Under the pieces are notes generated by a model. That model was not told the DNA's origin and did no database searches. It saw nothing but the letters and a program-made list of their open reading frames with translations. A stretch of DNA of 63,972 nucleotides, counting the filler, from Gonapodya sp. JEL0774 (taxonomy: Eukaryota): the NCBI GenBank assembly GCA_027604505.1. It is 4 parts of 4 records of this genome, joined end to end, with 100 filler letters (N's around TTAATTAATTAA, not from the genome) between each part and the next. Parts side by side here need not be neighbours in the genome. Positions count along the whole stretch, not along the records: positions 50,410 to 63,972 come from JADIIX010000325.1; 3 more parts are not named here. The stretch is one strand, 5' to 3'. Position numbers and translations under genes: made by a program. Below, piece after piece: positions 63,757 through 63,972 of this stretch; the first letter of the stretch is position 1; each line of letters opens with the position of its first letter.

Positions 63757-63899
63757 TAGAGTTTGTTTCTCTGTGAATTACAAACGTGATGAATTCACAA
63801 ACGTATATTAAGTAATTCACAGCAGTTCACAAAAGTGTAGTTTGTGAATTACATTACAAACGTGTATTACATAATTTGTTTGTGATTTCATTGCATGTA
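63757..63899. repeat. Cluster of short bidirectional repeats, resembling a DNA-transposon subterminal region
   Basis: Variants of GTGAATTAC / GAATTCACAAAC / GTTTGTGAATT in both orientations, starting at TAGAG. Confidence 0.45.
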
Positions 63900-63972
63900 T
63901 TAACCCTTTCCCCCCGCACTAATTGACCTCACTTAAGTGAGGGTTTTAGAAAATATTCCTGACGCCCAACCA
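63900..63972. mobile_element. piggyBac-type transposon terminus (continues beyond the window)
   Basis: TTAA|CCCTTTCCCCC... with the perfect palindrome CCTCACTTAAGTGAGG at 63927-63942. Confidence 0.65.

Noticed and set aside
63757..63899. Short repeats as a CRISPR array
   Set aside because: Irregular, bidirectional, no constant spacer length, eukaryotic context and no cas genes.

Overview
Intron-rich eukaryotic DNA from a zoosporic, early-diverging fungus; the chytrid/Monoblepharidomycete (Gonapodya-like) assignment is inferred from gene content. The window is four contigs artificially joined by N44-TTAATTAATTAA-N44 linkers (1-17066, 17167-33690, 33791-50309, 50410-63972), so adjacency across linkers means nothing. 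Contig 1: Ty1/copia remnant, full-length talin, ADP1-type ABCG transporter. Contig 2: mitoribosomal bS18m and mL60 genes, exocyst Sec8, a RecQ-like pseudogene and a nest of copia remnants containing a 298-bp TRIM with ~65-bp LTRs. Contig 3: glycogen branching enzyme, a tandem array of three class-A GPCR genes (one internally deleted), a degenerate CYTH-like gene, F-box and ankyrin/coiled-coil/SH3 genes. Contig 4: a secreted Pro-rich repeat protein, a cyanobacterial CyaB-like GAF-GAF-PAS-cyclase-TPR gene missing its transition-state residues, a catalytically dead archaemetzincin fusion and a TMEM16/anoctamin, bracketed by piggyBac-type termini. All exon boundaries were assigned by eye and are approximate.
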